This document shows, in pieces, positions 1 through 9,553 of a stretch of DNA of 23,734 nucleotides. The first letter of the stretch is position 1. Each line of letters begins with the position of its first letter. The stretch comes from an uncultured Deferribacteres bacterium (GTDB lineage Bacteria > Zhuqueibacterota > Zhuqueibacteria > Zhuqueibacterales > Geothermadaptataceae), in the NCBI GenBank assembly GCA_964014485.1, contig CAXHAT010000127.1, positions 1 to 23,734 of the forward strand. Reading direction: 5' to 3'. Made by a program: the position numbers and the translations under genes. The notes beneath the pieces were generated by a model. The model saw nothing but the letters and a program-made list of their open reading frames with translations. It made no database searches and was not told the origin of the DNA.

Positions 1-19
1 AGATGTGTATAAGAGACAG
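1..19 (+). other. Tn5/Nextera mosaic end (library adapter remnant)
   Basis: Exact AGATGTGTATAAGAGACAG at the contig start. Confidence 0.97.
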
Positions 20-21
20 GA

Positions 22-984
22 AATTATATCGGCGCAATGGCGACGGATAAACGCTCCGCGGACACAACCAATACAAACATTGGAATCGACGGCACGTTTT
101 GGCTCAACAACACCACGAACGTACAAGGTTTTGTTGCCCGCTCCATGACGGAAGGGGGACAATCCGGAACGGCGTACCGCATCGCAATTGACAAAACCAA
201 ACGTTTGTGGGGACTGAATTTACAGCATTTGATGATCTCGGACAGTGTGCAAACGGACATGGGGTTTACCCTGCGCACGGACGTACGGCGCACCGACGTT
301 TTCGCACGCATTTCCCCGCGCCCGGACGTTCTCGGCTTGCGCGTCGTCACATTTTTTCTTGGCGGACAGCATTATGTGAATACCGGGGGAGATTTGCGGG
401 ACTGGAATTTTGGCCCGTTTGTAAGCTTTGATTGGGAATCAGGCGAGAGCCTCAGCTTTTTTTATTCACCGGGGGAAACGGTTCTCGAAGAGGCTTTCAC
501 GCTCGCCGATCGCGTCGAAATCGATTCGATGCGGTATGATTTAGCATTTACCGGCGGTTTTTTCAGCACGAGTCCAAGCCGCGCCATAGTTTTGAGCCTG
601 GATGGAACACACCAGAAAATTTACGGCGGTGAAATCATCAATCTTGGCGCAAATTTGGGAACCGCTATTGGGTCGCACCTGAACCTTGAGTTCGGCTATT
701 CACACAACCGCGTCGATATCCCCAAGCCCGGCGGCAAGTTCAACGCCGACGTTGGCAGGTTGAAATTGTCCTATGCGTTTTCCACCAAGCTGTTCGCCAA
801 TCTACTGGTGCAGTACAATAGTCTGGATAACGCGTTTTCATCGAATCTCAGGCTCAATTTCATTCACAGACCAGGCAGTGACTTGTTTCTCGTCTTGAAC
901 GATAACCGGGGAACCGAGCAGTCGATCTGGGACCGTCAACTGCGCGACGTCATTTTGAAAATGACTTATTTGCACAGGCTCTAG
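22..984 (+). CDS. DUF5916-type outer-membrane beta-barrel protein, C-terminal part (5'-truncated at contig edge)
   Basis: Frame is open upstream of ATG 37 (NYIGAMATDK). C-terminus LVQYNS..SNLRLNFIHRPGSDLFLVLND..LKMTYL parallels the ends of 16918..19170 and 14705..16903. Confidence 0.8.
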   Translation, partial: NYIGAMATDKRSADTTNTNIGIDGTFWLNNTTNVQGFVARSMTEGGQSGTAYRIAIDKTKRLWGLNLQHLMISDSVQTDMGFTLRTDVRRTDVFARISPRPDVLGLRVVTFFLGGQHYVNTGGDLRDWNFGPFVSFDWESGESLSFFYSPGETVLEEAFTLADRVEIDSMRYDLAFTGGFFSTSPSRAIVLSLDGTHQKIYGGEIINLGANLGTAIGSHLNLEFGYSHNRVDIPKPGGKFNADVGRLKLSYAFSTKLFANLLVQYNSLDNAFSSNLRLNFIHRPGSDLFLVLNDNRGTEQSIWDRQLRDVILKMTYLHRL

Positions 985-1287
985 CGCAAGGCATGGGGCC
1001 GCCCCAGAACACAATCTCTGAATGCCAGACATACCGCGTACAGGGGTTCAAAATTTTGAAAATCTACGACATGTCGTGTGTCGTCTTGCAATTTTTAGGT
1101 ATTGAGACAGCCCCAATATTTCAAGATTTAATGAACTATTCCTTCCGGGGTTTTCGTTGCTCGGTCGCCACAACGACGTCGACGTCACCATCGAAATCGA
1201 GGTCGTCGGTAATTCGTAATTATCTCTCGAGCGGCCTCTGCGCCTGGTTTGCCGTCATGGGAAAATGCCGTGATCGATCCCGCTAAT

Positions 1288-2541
1288 CTATCGCGTCTGA
1301 CAAGGTTCGAACTGTGGCAGTTGCTCCATCTTTTCTTCCGAGTAAGGCTCTTCACCAAAGAGCATGGGGTAATGAAAGTGTCGCAGTGTGCTGTGAAATT
1401 GGCGAACACAATCTATGTAGCGCAGGTGCTGGGCGACATCGGTTTTGGCGGTGCGGCTGAGCCAGCGATCAATTAACAACGGCGGTGAGAAGAAAGAGAC
1501 CCACGCCATGCGCTGGTCGCGACGGGTAATGCCCTGGTAAAGGGCAGTCGACAATGGCTGCGCTTCCTGATCACCAACCTGCTGGAAGGCGTAGTACCAT
1601 TTCCACTCGAAGGGCTGATTCACCGCGGCTCCCTCGCTCCATTCCGGATGCACTTCGACGAATCGATCCATCGTTGCCGGTTTGGGAAGATCCCAGGCGT
1701 CATTCACAGTCTCACGCTGGGTCAGCAATATGTCGCCGCCATCGGGGACTGTGATCGATTGTTCAGCAACGAGCTTTCCGGCAAGCGGAATAATGCTGGT
1801 GAGCAGCAACCAAAGCCCGAACAATGTCGCGGCCGCGGTAACACCTTCGATCTTTCTGCTTGTCACGATTCGACAGACGCCCAGCCAGAAAATTGTGTGA
1901 ATCATCACTGCCAGGACAATGCTTAGGCTTGTCGCCAGCGCGACGTTTGAGAAAAGAAGGGCTGCCAGAAAAGGAGCAATGATAGCCGCGAACAGCAGCA
2001 CGGCGCGGGCGCAGGCACGAAAGAGGAGCACGCGTTCGCCGCTGATACTGGTTGCGCAGAGCAATTCGTACCGAGATTCTCGGCGTTCGCGGGCGTCGAG
2101 ATCAAAGAGCAAGCCGATCAACAAAAGAGGCAAAATGATGGCGACAACATAGGCAAAGTCTAAGCTGCCCAAATGCGACAGCTCGGGGTTGCCTGGATCG
2201 CTCTCATAAATCTGCCCTTCAAGCGCGAGGATTCTGAGACGGTGCTTCCAGGGAAGTTCGTCGCGCATTCCCATGGCTGTAAAGGCGAGTTTGGAAGGCG
2301 GGTCATAGGTGAGATGGAAGACGTAGTAACCGGCGCTGCCAGCGTCGCCCTGTGTCGGCAGGACGTGCGCTTGATCAGCTGCTGTCTCAGATTTGAGAAC
2401 CGCCAACTGGTCTTCCTGATGCTGAATCGCGAGCCACCCATTGATGAGGGAAATTCCTGAGAGGAGAAACGCGATCAACAGTGTCCAACGAACTACTTTC
2501 TCATTTAACGCAAAGCGAATTTCATGCAATAGATCAGACAT
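1288..2541 (-). CDS. ABC-2-type permease with DUF3526 domain (module B, second subunit)
   Basis: TM helices, ERRE motif, QRETVNDAWD and FEWKWYYAFQQVGD motifs. Start placed at ATG 2541 (MSDLLHE), overlapping the upstream stop by 8 nt. Confidence 0.85.
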   Translation of the reverse strand: MSDLLHEIRFALNEKVVRWTLLIAFLLSGISLINGWLAIQHQEDQLAVLKSETAADQAHVLPTQGDAGSAGYYVFHLTYDPPSKLAFTAMGMRDELPWKHRLRILALEGQIYESDPGNPELSHLGSLDFAYVVAIILPLLLIGLLFDLDARERRESRYELLCATSISGERVLLFRACARAVLLFAAIIAPFLAALLFSNVALATSLSIVLAVMIHTIFWLGVCRIVTSRKIEGVTAAATLFGLWLLLTSIIPLAGKLVAEQSITVPDGGDILLTQRETVNDAWDLPKPATMDRFVEVHPEWSEGAAVNQPFEWKWYYAFQQVGDQEAQPLSTALYQGITRRDQRMAWVSFFSPPLLIDRWLSRTAKTDVAQHLRYIDCVRQFHSTLRHFHYPMLFGEEPYSEEKMEQLPQFEPCQTR

Positions 2542-3988
2542 CGTTCTCTCTAAAAAGTCGTTGTGTCCCGGCGGCGCCGAAAAGAGCGGAACCCGCAACC
2601 CAGGATAATAGAATGATTAGCTGCGGCAGGATTTCAGACAGACGCTCCCCGGCGCCAGACGGCTGCCAGGAGAAGGTTTTTAGCAACCTCCAGTTTTCGC
2701 CGCTGATGCGTGCTCGCTGTGAGGACGCTTCATCGTCGCTGCGCCGAATGTCATCAGCGTAAGACAGTTGATGGGCGTGCAATTGATTGATTTTTTGTAC
2801 AAAATCATAGCGCAAAGCTTCAGCGTCGCGCAGGAAACGGTGATGCTGGCGCAAATCTGTACTGGCCAATGAAATAGAAAAAGCCTTCGCTACCAGTGCC
2901 GGCGACAGCGGACTCAGCCAGCGCACCAGATGAGATTGAGCGCTTTCTTTTTCCATGCGCTCGTCAGCGAATGTATTGAGGACTTCGGTAAGGTTGGCTT
3001 CACTGGTATGAGCAACCATGCCGCGGAAGTTTACCGGCAGACCCTCCACGTCTTTGACATTGTATTGCTCCAGCAACTGGGCGCGAAGCTTTTCAAAGGC
3101 AGGGTCGTTGGCGTTGTGACCGTCGCCGAGCTCACGCAAGGTGCGCGTCATCTCCAGATCTTTCGCTATTTTGCCGTCCAGGGGCACGGCGGTCCCCGCT
3201 GCGCTGCTGGCCAGTCTCGGCAAGATCACGCAGAGCAGGACCCAGTTGGAGAGCAAGATCGATAACGACAAAGATGATTGTCGCGCCCAGGCAGATACGG
3301 CCGTAATCAGGCTCGACCAGCAAGCCAGATACGCCATGTAGCCCAGAAAAAACACACTGGCAATAATGACGTTCTCGCCTTGCGTCACGGCGAAGACCAG
3401 GGCGATCGCCATCGGGATAAGTGCGATCATGGCAACACTGGTCAGAGCGAGCGATTTGCCCAGCCACAGCTCGACCGGGGAAATAGCGCTCGTCACCAGG
3501 ATGTAGTCGGTTTTTCCCTCGCGTTCTCTCGAAATGGAAGCAAAGCCGATGATCACGAACAAGAGAGGCGCCAGTATTTGATAAGAAAAAGCGGGCGTCA
3601 GTTCAGCGAACGAGCCGGCTTGGGGTGCAGAATATCGCGGGGAAAAGACGGCGGTGTTTTGCCTGTGTCCTTCCAGGAACATGATGGTGCCCGTGTGCGT
3701 GTCTACACCAGGATCGATCATCGCGAGGGGCGCAGGGGTACGGAACACGTAGTGGCCGTAGTGAACCATGCGGTGCGGGTGGCGTGCGGGTTGCTCTCGG
3801 AAGGTTTGCTCAGCATTCGCTTGGAAGTTTTCACGCGCGGCCCGTTCAGTTTCTACTTGAAGCGTTGTGCTGACGATTGATGCGAGCACAAGCATGAGCA
3901 GGGTCAGGCCTGTAATCACGCCAAGCCTCGAACGTCGCCAATAGCGCCATTCTTCCTTCGCAATCAGAAAGGCGGTTTGTATTTTCAT
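2534..3988 (-). CDS. ABC-2-type permease with DUF3526 domain (module B, first subunit)
   Basis: IAKEEWR N-terminus, HPHRMVHYGHY loop, SREREGKT, GDGHNAND. Confidence 0.87.
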   Translation of the reverse strand: MKIQTAFLIAKEEWRYWRRSRLGVITGLTLLMLVLASIVSTTLQVETERAARENFQANAEQTFREQPARHPHRMVHYGHYVFRTPAPLAMIDPGVDTHTGTIMFLEGHRQNTAVFSPRYSAPQAGSFAELTPAFSYQILAPLLFVIIGFASISREREGKTDYILVTSAISPVELWLGKSLALTSVAMIALIPMAIALVFAVTQGENVIIASVFFLGYMAYLACWSSLITAVSAWARQSSLSLSILLSNWVLLCVILPRLASSAAGTAVPLDGKIAKDLEMTRTLRELGDGHNANDPAFEKLRAQLLEQYNVKDVEGLPVNFRGMVAHTSEANLTEVLNTFADERMEKESAQSHLVRWLSPLSPALVAKAFSISLASTDLRQHHRFLRDAEALRYDFVQKINQLHAHQLSYADDIRRSDDEASSQRARISGENWRLLKTFSWQPSGAGERLSEILPQLIILLSWVAGSALFGAAGTQRLFRENDV

Positions 3989-4713
3989 TGGCCATTATGC
4001 TCCGCAAAAGTTTGATGCAAGCTTTCAGCGGAAATCTGTCCATTCTCAGGCGCCTCGAAAATTCCCACCATTTGTCCCTTCTGCAACAAGCCAACACGGC
4101 GCGCAACATGGCACGCGCCATAGACGTCGTGTGTGACCATGAGCGTCGTCGTGCCTTTGTTTGCAAGTGCGATCAGAATGGCATTAAATTCATCGATTGC
4201 GATGGGATCAAGCCCTGAAGTCGGCTCATCCAGTAACAGTACCGGGGTCTTTCGCAACACCGCCAAGGCGATGGCCACCTTTTGCCGCATGCCTTTGGAG
4301 TAGGAAGCGAGTCTTCTCGATCTCGAATCTTCGGCCAGGCTGACGGTATTCAAGGCATGTTCGATCTCGTCTGAAGAACGGTTAACGCGAGCGAGCGAGA
4401 GGAAATACTTGAGATTCTCACGTGCTGAGAGATGAGCATAGAGATTGGCAGATTCCGGCAAATAAGCCGTTTGCTGGCGGATGGCGGCTTTGTCTTCGTG
4501 GGCGACAACGCCATTGACGCTAGCACTGCCCTCCGAAGGATTGAGAAAGCCCAGGAAGGTCAACAAAGTTGTCGACTTGCCCGCGCCGTTGCCGCCGAGC
4601 AGGGCGAAGACTTCGCCATGGCCGACGCTGAAGCTGACGTTAGTGAGGACGCGACGACCGCCGCGATCAACACACAGGCCGTTTGCTACTAACACAGATT
4701 TTTTCTTCGACAT
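3985..4713 (-). CDS. ABC transporter ATP-binding protein (module B)
   Basis: Walker A GGNGAGKS, signature YSKGMRQK, Walker B LLLDEPT, H-loop VTHD; 4-nt overlap with downstream permease. Confidence 0.95.
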   Translation of the reverse strand: MSKKKSVLVANGLCVDRGGRRVLTNVSFSVGHGEVFALLGGNGAGKSTTLLTFLGFLNPSEGSASVNGVVAHEDKAAIRQQTAYLPESANLYAHLSARENLKYFLSLARVNRSSDEIEHALNTVSLAEDSRSRRLASYSKGMRQKVAIALAVLRKTPVLLLDEPTSGLDPIAIDEFNAILIALANKGTTTLMVTHDVYGACHVARRVGLLQKGQMVGIFEAPENGQISAESLHQTFAEHNGQ

Positions 4714-4907
4714 TTAGATTCCCACAGAAAAGAGATTTTGATTATGAAGCGCTTTTCTTTCGCTACCATCTTCACTTGCACTAATGGTTGATAAGTGATG
4801 ATTCCCTTGAACTCTGAATCCAGAAGATTGAAAATTTGATGTTACGCGCCAATGCATTTCCTGATAGTCAAGTACAAACATCGTCTCATTAACACCTGGC
4901 TTCAGCC

Positions 4908-5111
4908 CAATGCCCTAACTTTTTACTTTTTGGGTTCAAATTGTCTGTCGCAGCAAAGGCACGCTAAAGCGTGGACTACAAACGACAGAGCATCCGTCAA
5001 TTTTGAGCGTGACGAAAGCACGGTCGTTTGTAGTCCATGCTTTAGCATGTTTTTCGACAGTCGTCGCTTGGGCGTTTTTGAACTCAGAATCATGAAAAGT
5101 TAGTGACATTG
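4908..5111. mobile_element. IS4-family-like MITE nested in a hairpin
   Basis: Ends CAATGCCCTAACTTTT / AAAAGTTAGTGACATTG; 10-bp direct repeat GGCTTCAGCC at 4898..4907 and 5112..5121. Confidence 0.75.
4960..5049. repeat. Inverted pair of GTAG-type REP-like sequences (REPIN-like)
   Basis: 27-bp arms 4960..4986 and 5023..5049 with 2 differences that are compensatory in the internal hairpin (CACGC/GCGTG vs CATGC/GCATG); GTAG lies 2 nt before each hairpin. Confidence 0.75.
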
Positions 5112-5301
5112 GGCTTCAGCCAGGAGACGAGCGAGAGACTCACCCCCCTTTCTCTTCCACTCCCGAAACGTCGGGACGGTGGAAGAGAGGGAAGAAGGCG
5201 TTTCGTTTGTCACCGGACTGAAGTCCGGCGCTAATAGGAGAAGGCTTGTCCCGCAAAGAAGAATCTCCGTTGCGGTGCGTAACATCAGTGAAAATGTAAA
5301 C

Positions 5302-6720
5302 TCAGCTCACCAGCCGAAATCTCTTCAACTTTGCCGTCGCCCAGAACAACAGAACGCCTGTAAGAACGAGCAAGCCCGCCGCACCAGGCATGACGCGTGC
5401 GGAGATCACCGAAGTCTCTTCTTCCTGGAACTCAAATCGCGGCAACGCCTCGTAATCTCTTGAAGCCAAGCGTTCACTGCGAAAGATCTTCGGCGCCAGA
5501 AAGGACCGCCATTCCAAAAGGTATTCACGAAGCTGCCGGACATAGCTTTGTTGGCGCGCCACACTGGAACCTGCGATGTCATTCAGCGCCTCTTGCACGA
5601 CGACCGCCGGCGAGAGCAATCGAAACGTTCCGATGAGCGCCTGCTGATCCATGAGTCGACGTTCATATTCCTGCGCCACCGGCAGAACAGAGCTTTCAAC
5701 GTCTTGCTGCACGGCATAGAATGTGGAGACAAAATCGCGCCGCTGCTCCCCGGCGGCCAATTCGGGATGCTCGTGATAGAACTCCGCCAGCAATTCACTG
5801 CTCTTTCGCTGGGCGTCATTCTCCGCCGCTCGCATCTTGGAAACATATTCCATGCGGGAAGGGACCGGGCTGATTTGATTGATGGATATGTTGAGGAGAG
5901 CGGGTACGACGAGCAAAAAAAGGAGCCAGGCGCTCATCAATACGGTGAGATTCATCTCAGATTTCCGACCAAAGGCGGCGACCAAAGCCGTGAGCGCGAA
6001 CCAGAACGTCGCGTAGACGCCAATGATGGCCAGCCAGAAAACCAATCGATCCAACGGTAGAGCTACATCTGATCCCGCAACACCGAACATACCCCCCAGA
6101 ATACCCACGACAATCACCAAACCGGTCAATAGCGCAAGGCGCGCGAGCACTTTGCCAAAGACGAGCTTGCTCGCCGATAGTGGTTGCGAAAGCGCCAAAG
6201 CCAGGACGCCGCTTTCCTTTTCTCCGGAAAGAAGATTGTAGCCCAGTGCGATAATCAACAGCGGCAGCAGATAGACAATCACGAAAGTGAAGTCAAACTT
6301 GCCGGCGAGCAATCCAAGCGGACTGTCAATCTGATAGTTTCGGAAGAGATTGTCTTGTCTCCGAAACGGAGAGACGGAAGCGCGAAAGGGATAGAGATCG
6401 CTTTGGCCGATGGTCAGCGCCGAGAGCGGCCCCGGCGGCAGTGTTGCTTCGTAGGAGGCGCGGTTTGGTTGACCGCCCGCCGGTCTCCCGTTGTTCGCAT
6501 CGGGGTTCTGTTCCTGTTCTTCAACGGCGGCACGCTGCTCATCGAGTGCTTTCTCAGCTTCCAAAACATAATTTGCAATCGTTGTCTGACGCTGACTTTG
6601 CCAGTTTATACCGTTTTGGATGGCATATATCGCGAAGGCAAGCAACAGGAGCGCTGCGAACCAAAGCGTCTTTTCTCGCGCCATCAGACGCCACTCATTC
6701 TTAAAGACTTTTAAAAGCAT
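5302..6720 (-). CDS. ABC-2-type permease with DUF3526 domain (module A, second subunit)
   Basis: LTIGQSDLYP, FDFTFVIVYLLPLLII, SGEKESG, LSPAVVVQEALNDIAG motifs. Confidence 0.87.
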   Translation of the reverse strand: MLLKVFKNEWRLMAREKTLWFAALLLLAFAIYAIQNGINWQSQRQTTIANYVLEAEKALDEQRAAVEEQEQNPDANNGRPAGGQPNRASYEATLPPGPLSALTIGQSDLYPFRASVSPFRRQDNLFRNYQIDSPLGLLAGKFDFTFVIVYLLPLLIIALGYNLLSGEKESGVLALALSQPLSASKLVFGKVLARLALLTGLVIVVGILGGMFGVAGSDVALPLDRLVFWLAIIGVYATFWFALTALVAAFGRKSEMNLTVLMSAWLLFLLVVPALLNISINQISPVPSRMEYVSKMRAAENDAQRKSSELLAEFYHEHPELAAGEQRRDFVSTFYAVQQDVESSVLPVAQEYERRLMDQQALIGTFRLLSPAVVVQEALNDIAGSSVARQQSYVRQLREYLLEWRSFLAPKIFRSERLASRDYEALPRFEFQEEETSVISARVMPGAAGLLVLTGVLLFWATAKLKRFRLVS

Positions 6721-6839
6721 TGTTTTCTTCCCTCTTGTAAGTGTAATCCGGGCAATCCATTGAGGATTGGACCTTCTTCATGCAGAATCTACGAATACGG
6801 GACGATGGCCGCATGGCTAAATCGCGTAAGATAAAACCG

Positions 6840-8264
6840 TCAAACGACGCGCACATTATTCACCGAGCGAATCATAATCATAAAGGACAGAACTCCCCAG
6901 AGCGCAAGAATGCCAAGTTGCAGCGGGTAGTGGGAGAGAACCCAGGAGAAACTCGGTGAACTGTATTCGATCTGAGGCACATCTTGCCAAAGTTTCTCAT
7001 CAGCCATATAACCAAATCCGGCCTCGGCGCCGTTCTCCGCCAGGTCGTCGTTAAGGATTTTGACAATCTTGCGGCGGTGCAGTTCAGCGGCGTCTGCGAA
7101 ATGACGATGCTGGTGCAGATCCGTTCCTGCAAATCCTCTTGAGATGGCGCTCACAGCAATGGACGGAGATAGAACGCTGGCGAATGCTTGCAGATTTTCC
7201 TGGTTGGTGAATGTGTCCCACAATTGCTGGTAGTGTTTGTCGAAAACCAGGTTGCTGTATTCTTCGCTGTCCTGCAAACGAATGCCGGCATAATTGACAG
7301 GGAGATCCTCGACTTTGTCGACGCCATATTGTTCGAGGACTCTTTGTTGCAGTGCTTCACTCCGCTGACGGCGGGAAGTTTGACCATCAAGGCCTTCATC
7401 GACATCCGTGCTGACGCCTTCCCAAAAAGCCGTGATGGACGGCGTTGGATAGACAGACTCCGCGACGTCTGCACTGAGACGCGGCAGAAGAAGTCCGCCG
7501 CCGATCCAAAAACCAAGCAGAACGAGCAGAGCCAATCTGGGTGTTTTTGCTTTGGCTGAAACAGCGAGGGTCAGGCTGAAAAAGGCTATAAAGTACAGAG
7601 TGTAGATCAGGCCAAGCCCGAACAAGCGAGGCACAATTGCCGGGAAGCTGTCAGCATTTACACTCAAACCCAACAGCGCAAGGGCAACGATGGTGACTGG
7701 AACGAGCGCCAGCGCCAGGGCGGCCCCAATGCCAAGCGTTTTGCCCAGCGCCAACTGGCTGCTGCGCAGTCCCAGACTCTTAAGCTGTTTCAATGTACCT
7801 TGCTCCCTTTCGCCGGCAAATGCACTGAAACCCATGATGATAATAAACAAAGGTATCAGGTATTGCAGCGTCCACGCGGCAGTCAAATCACCGAACCTTT
7901 GCAAGGACGTCGCATCTTCCGCGGGACGGAAGCCGGCCGGATCTTGAGAATGCGCTTCGAGCCAAATTGCCGTTCCCAAAAACGAGTTCAATCCGCGATC
8001 TATGTAGGCCAGAAACGGGGTCGGTTTGAAAGCGTAGTGACCGAAGTGTGCGGCGGAGTGCGGATTGCGCGCGCCCTGCGCCAGCCAAGTTTCGCGGTCG
8101 GCTTTCTCCGCCGTTTCACGCTCATTTTGAGCCTGTTCTGCATACTGCCATCCGGTTGCAAGCGCCGCCAGCAGCAGCACTAGCAGTACGCCGGAAAGCC
8201 AGCGGAAACGCCCGTCGCGGACGATTTCCTTGAATTCCTTTTTTGCGATTATGAATGTAGTCAT
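6840..8264 (-). CDS. ABC-2-type permease with DUF3526 domain (module A, first subunit)
   Basis: IAKKEF, NPHSAAHFGHYAFKP, GEREQGTL. Start at ATG 8264 follows a GGAGG RBS. Confidence 0.87.
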   Translation of the reverse strand: MTTFIIAKKEFKEIVRDGRFRWLSGVLLVLLLAALATGWQYAEQAQNERETAEKADRETWLAQGARNPHSAAHFGHYAFKPTPFLAYIDRGLNSFLGTAIWLEAHSQDPAGFRPAEDATSLQRFGDLTAAWTLQYLIPLFIIIMGFSAFAGEREQGTLKQLKSLGLRSSQLALGKTLGIGAALALALVPVTIVALALLGLSVNADSFPAIVPRLFGLGLIYTLYFIAFFSLTLAVSAKAKTPRLALLVLLGFWIGGGLLLPRLSADVAESVYPTPSITAFWEGVSTDVDEGLDGQTSRRQRSEALQQRVLEQYGVDKVEDLPVNYAGIRLQDSEEYSNLVFDKHYQQLWDTFTNQENLQAFASVLSPSIAVSAISRGFAGTDLHQHRHFADAAELHRRKIVKILNDDLAENGAEAGFGYMADEKLWQDVPQIEYSSPSFSWVLSHYPLQLGILALWGVLSFMIMIRSVNNVRVV

Positions 8265-8345
8265 CCTCTTCCTCCTTGGTTTCTTCATCATTTTAAAATT
8301 TGCTTACTCACTTAAGCGCCTTTATTTTTCTCAGGAAGGGAAAGC

Positions 8346-9407
8346 CTAATGTCGTTCCCCCGTCAAAGCCGCTCTCAGGACTGCACCGTTTGAATCGTTT
8401 AGTGACATTTGGTCGCACTCAACCTGGATCACTGCATAAGCCATATTGAATTCGGCGTGAAGCAGTTCTCTGATGCGCAACTTAAGCTCTGTAACGTCAC
8501 TCAATAGCATGTCTTCCAGTACGACGTGCAGCGTACAGCAGAGATATTGTGACGTGATCTCCCAGATGCGCAAATCATGGACATCAAGAATTTCCGGCAA
8601 AGTGTTTTTCAAACTTCGTTTGACCCGGTCGGGGCTTATCGCGTCCGGCTTCCCTTCCAGTAGAATGCGGAAGGCGTCCCGCAACAGCGCCCACGACCAC
8701 TTTAACACAACCAGAGCGACGATAGTGCTCAGCAGCGGATCAATCAGGAGCCAGCCGGTGTACATCATGACAAATCCCCCAATGACGATTACGACTGAGG
8801 AAAACAAGTCGCCCAGCATGTGCAGATATGCACTGCGCGTATTTAGATCTTCCACGCCAGAGCGATGGAGAATCGCCGCAGTCACAATGTTTACGACGAG
8901 GCCAAGTGCGGCCACAAAGATCATCTCTTGGGTGGAAACCAATTCCGGCGCCGCCAGCCGTTCGAGCGCCTCAAAGATGATCCAGCCTGCCAGGGCCAAC
9001 AGCAGAAGACCGTTGAACAGGGCGGCTATGATCTCCAGCCGATACCAGCCAAACGGCAGCGCATCACTGTGTTTACGCGTTGCAAATACAATGGCGAGCA
9101 GGCTCACGGCTAAAGAAGCTGAATGACTTAGCATATGCAGTCCGTCGCTTGAAAGCATCAAGCTGCCGGTGTAATGTCCGGCAAGAAGCTCGACAACGGT
9201 CATCACCAGCGTGATTACCAGGCAATACCACAACGCCTTCTTTTGCCCTGTACGCTCAGGCCCGATCCGGTGGACATGAAAATGATGGCCCTGGTTTTGG
9301 CAGCAGGAGTTGGACTGATGATGATCGTGATTGTGCCGGTTCCGGTGCATTATTCTGCTTTCAATTGGGCAGTTGTAATCCACTGATGTCGTGCGTGGTG
9401 TTTTCAT
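8346..9407 (-). CDS. Cation diffusion facilitator (CzcD/DmeF-like) with His-rich N-terminus
   Basis: SLMLSSDGLHMLSH, FGWYRLEIIAALFN, DLNTRSAYLHMLGD, VHDLRIW; true start may be near 9350 (MHRNRH). Confidence 0.93.
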   Translation of the reverse strand: MKTPRTTSVDYNCPIESRIMHRNRHNHDHHQSNSCCQNQGHHFHVHRIGPERTGQKKALWYCLVITLVMTVVELLAGHYTGSLMLSSDGLHMLSHSASLAVSLLAIVFATRKHSDALPFGWYRLEIIAALFNGLLLLALAGWIIFEALERLAAPELVSTQEMIFVAALGLVVNIVTAAILHRSGVEDLNTRSAYLHMLGDLFSSVVIVIGGFVMMYTGWLLIDPLLSTIVALVVLKWSWALLRDAFRILLEGKPDAISPDRVKRSLKNTLPEILDVHDLRIWEITSQYLCCTLHVVLEDMLLSDVTELKLRIRELLHAEFNMAYAVIQVECDQMSLNDSNGAVLRAALTGERH

Positions 9408-9553
9408 AGAAAAAGGCGTCCTTTTTTTGTCATTACTTTCTGATTCAATGAAGAATCTTATTGTGAAATCATCTCACCCTTGGCAGGTCCTCTGCTCAGG
9501 CGCTTGATGTAGAATTTGTGAACGGGGCAATGCTGATTTTCAATTTCCTGTCG

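Larger units (their letters stand above)
4836..5288. mobile_element. MITE with CTGATGTTACGC-type ends (copy 1, inverted relative to the other two, nested cargo)
   Basis: Left tTGATGTTACGC, right GCGTAACATCAG; direct repeat TGAAAAT at 4829..4835 and 5289..5295; same ends at 11336 and 22475. Confidence 0.8.

Noticed and set aside
993..1286. 97-aa ORF between the convergent genes
   Set aside because: No RBS or recognisable motifs; most likely a chance ORF
4852..5285. Short ORFs 4852..5103 and 5100..5285
   Set aside because: They lie inside nested repeat elements and have no protein features
9411..9428. Intrinsic terminator AAAAAGGCGTCCTTTTTTT before the CDF gene
   Set aside because: Stem has only two G-C pairs and overlaps a possible RBS; too weak to call
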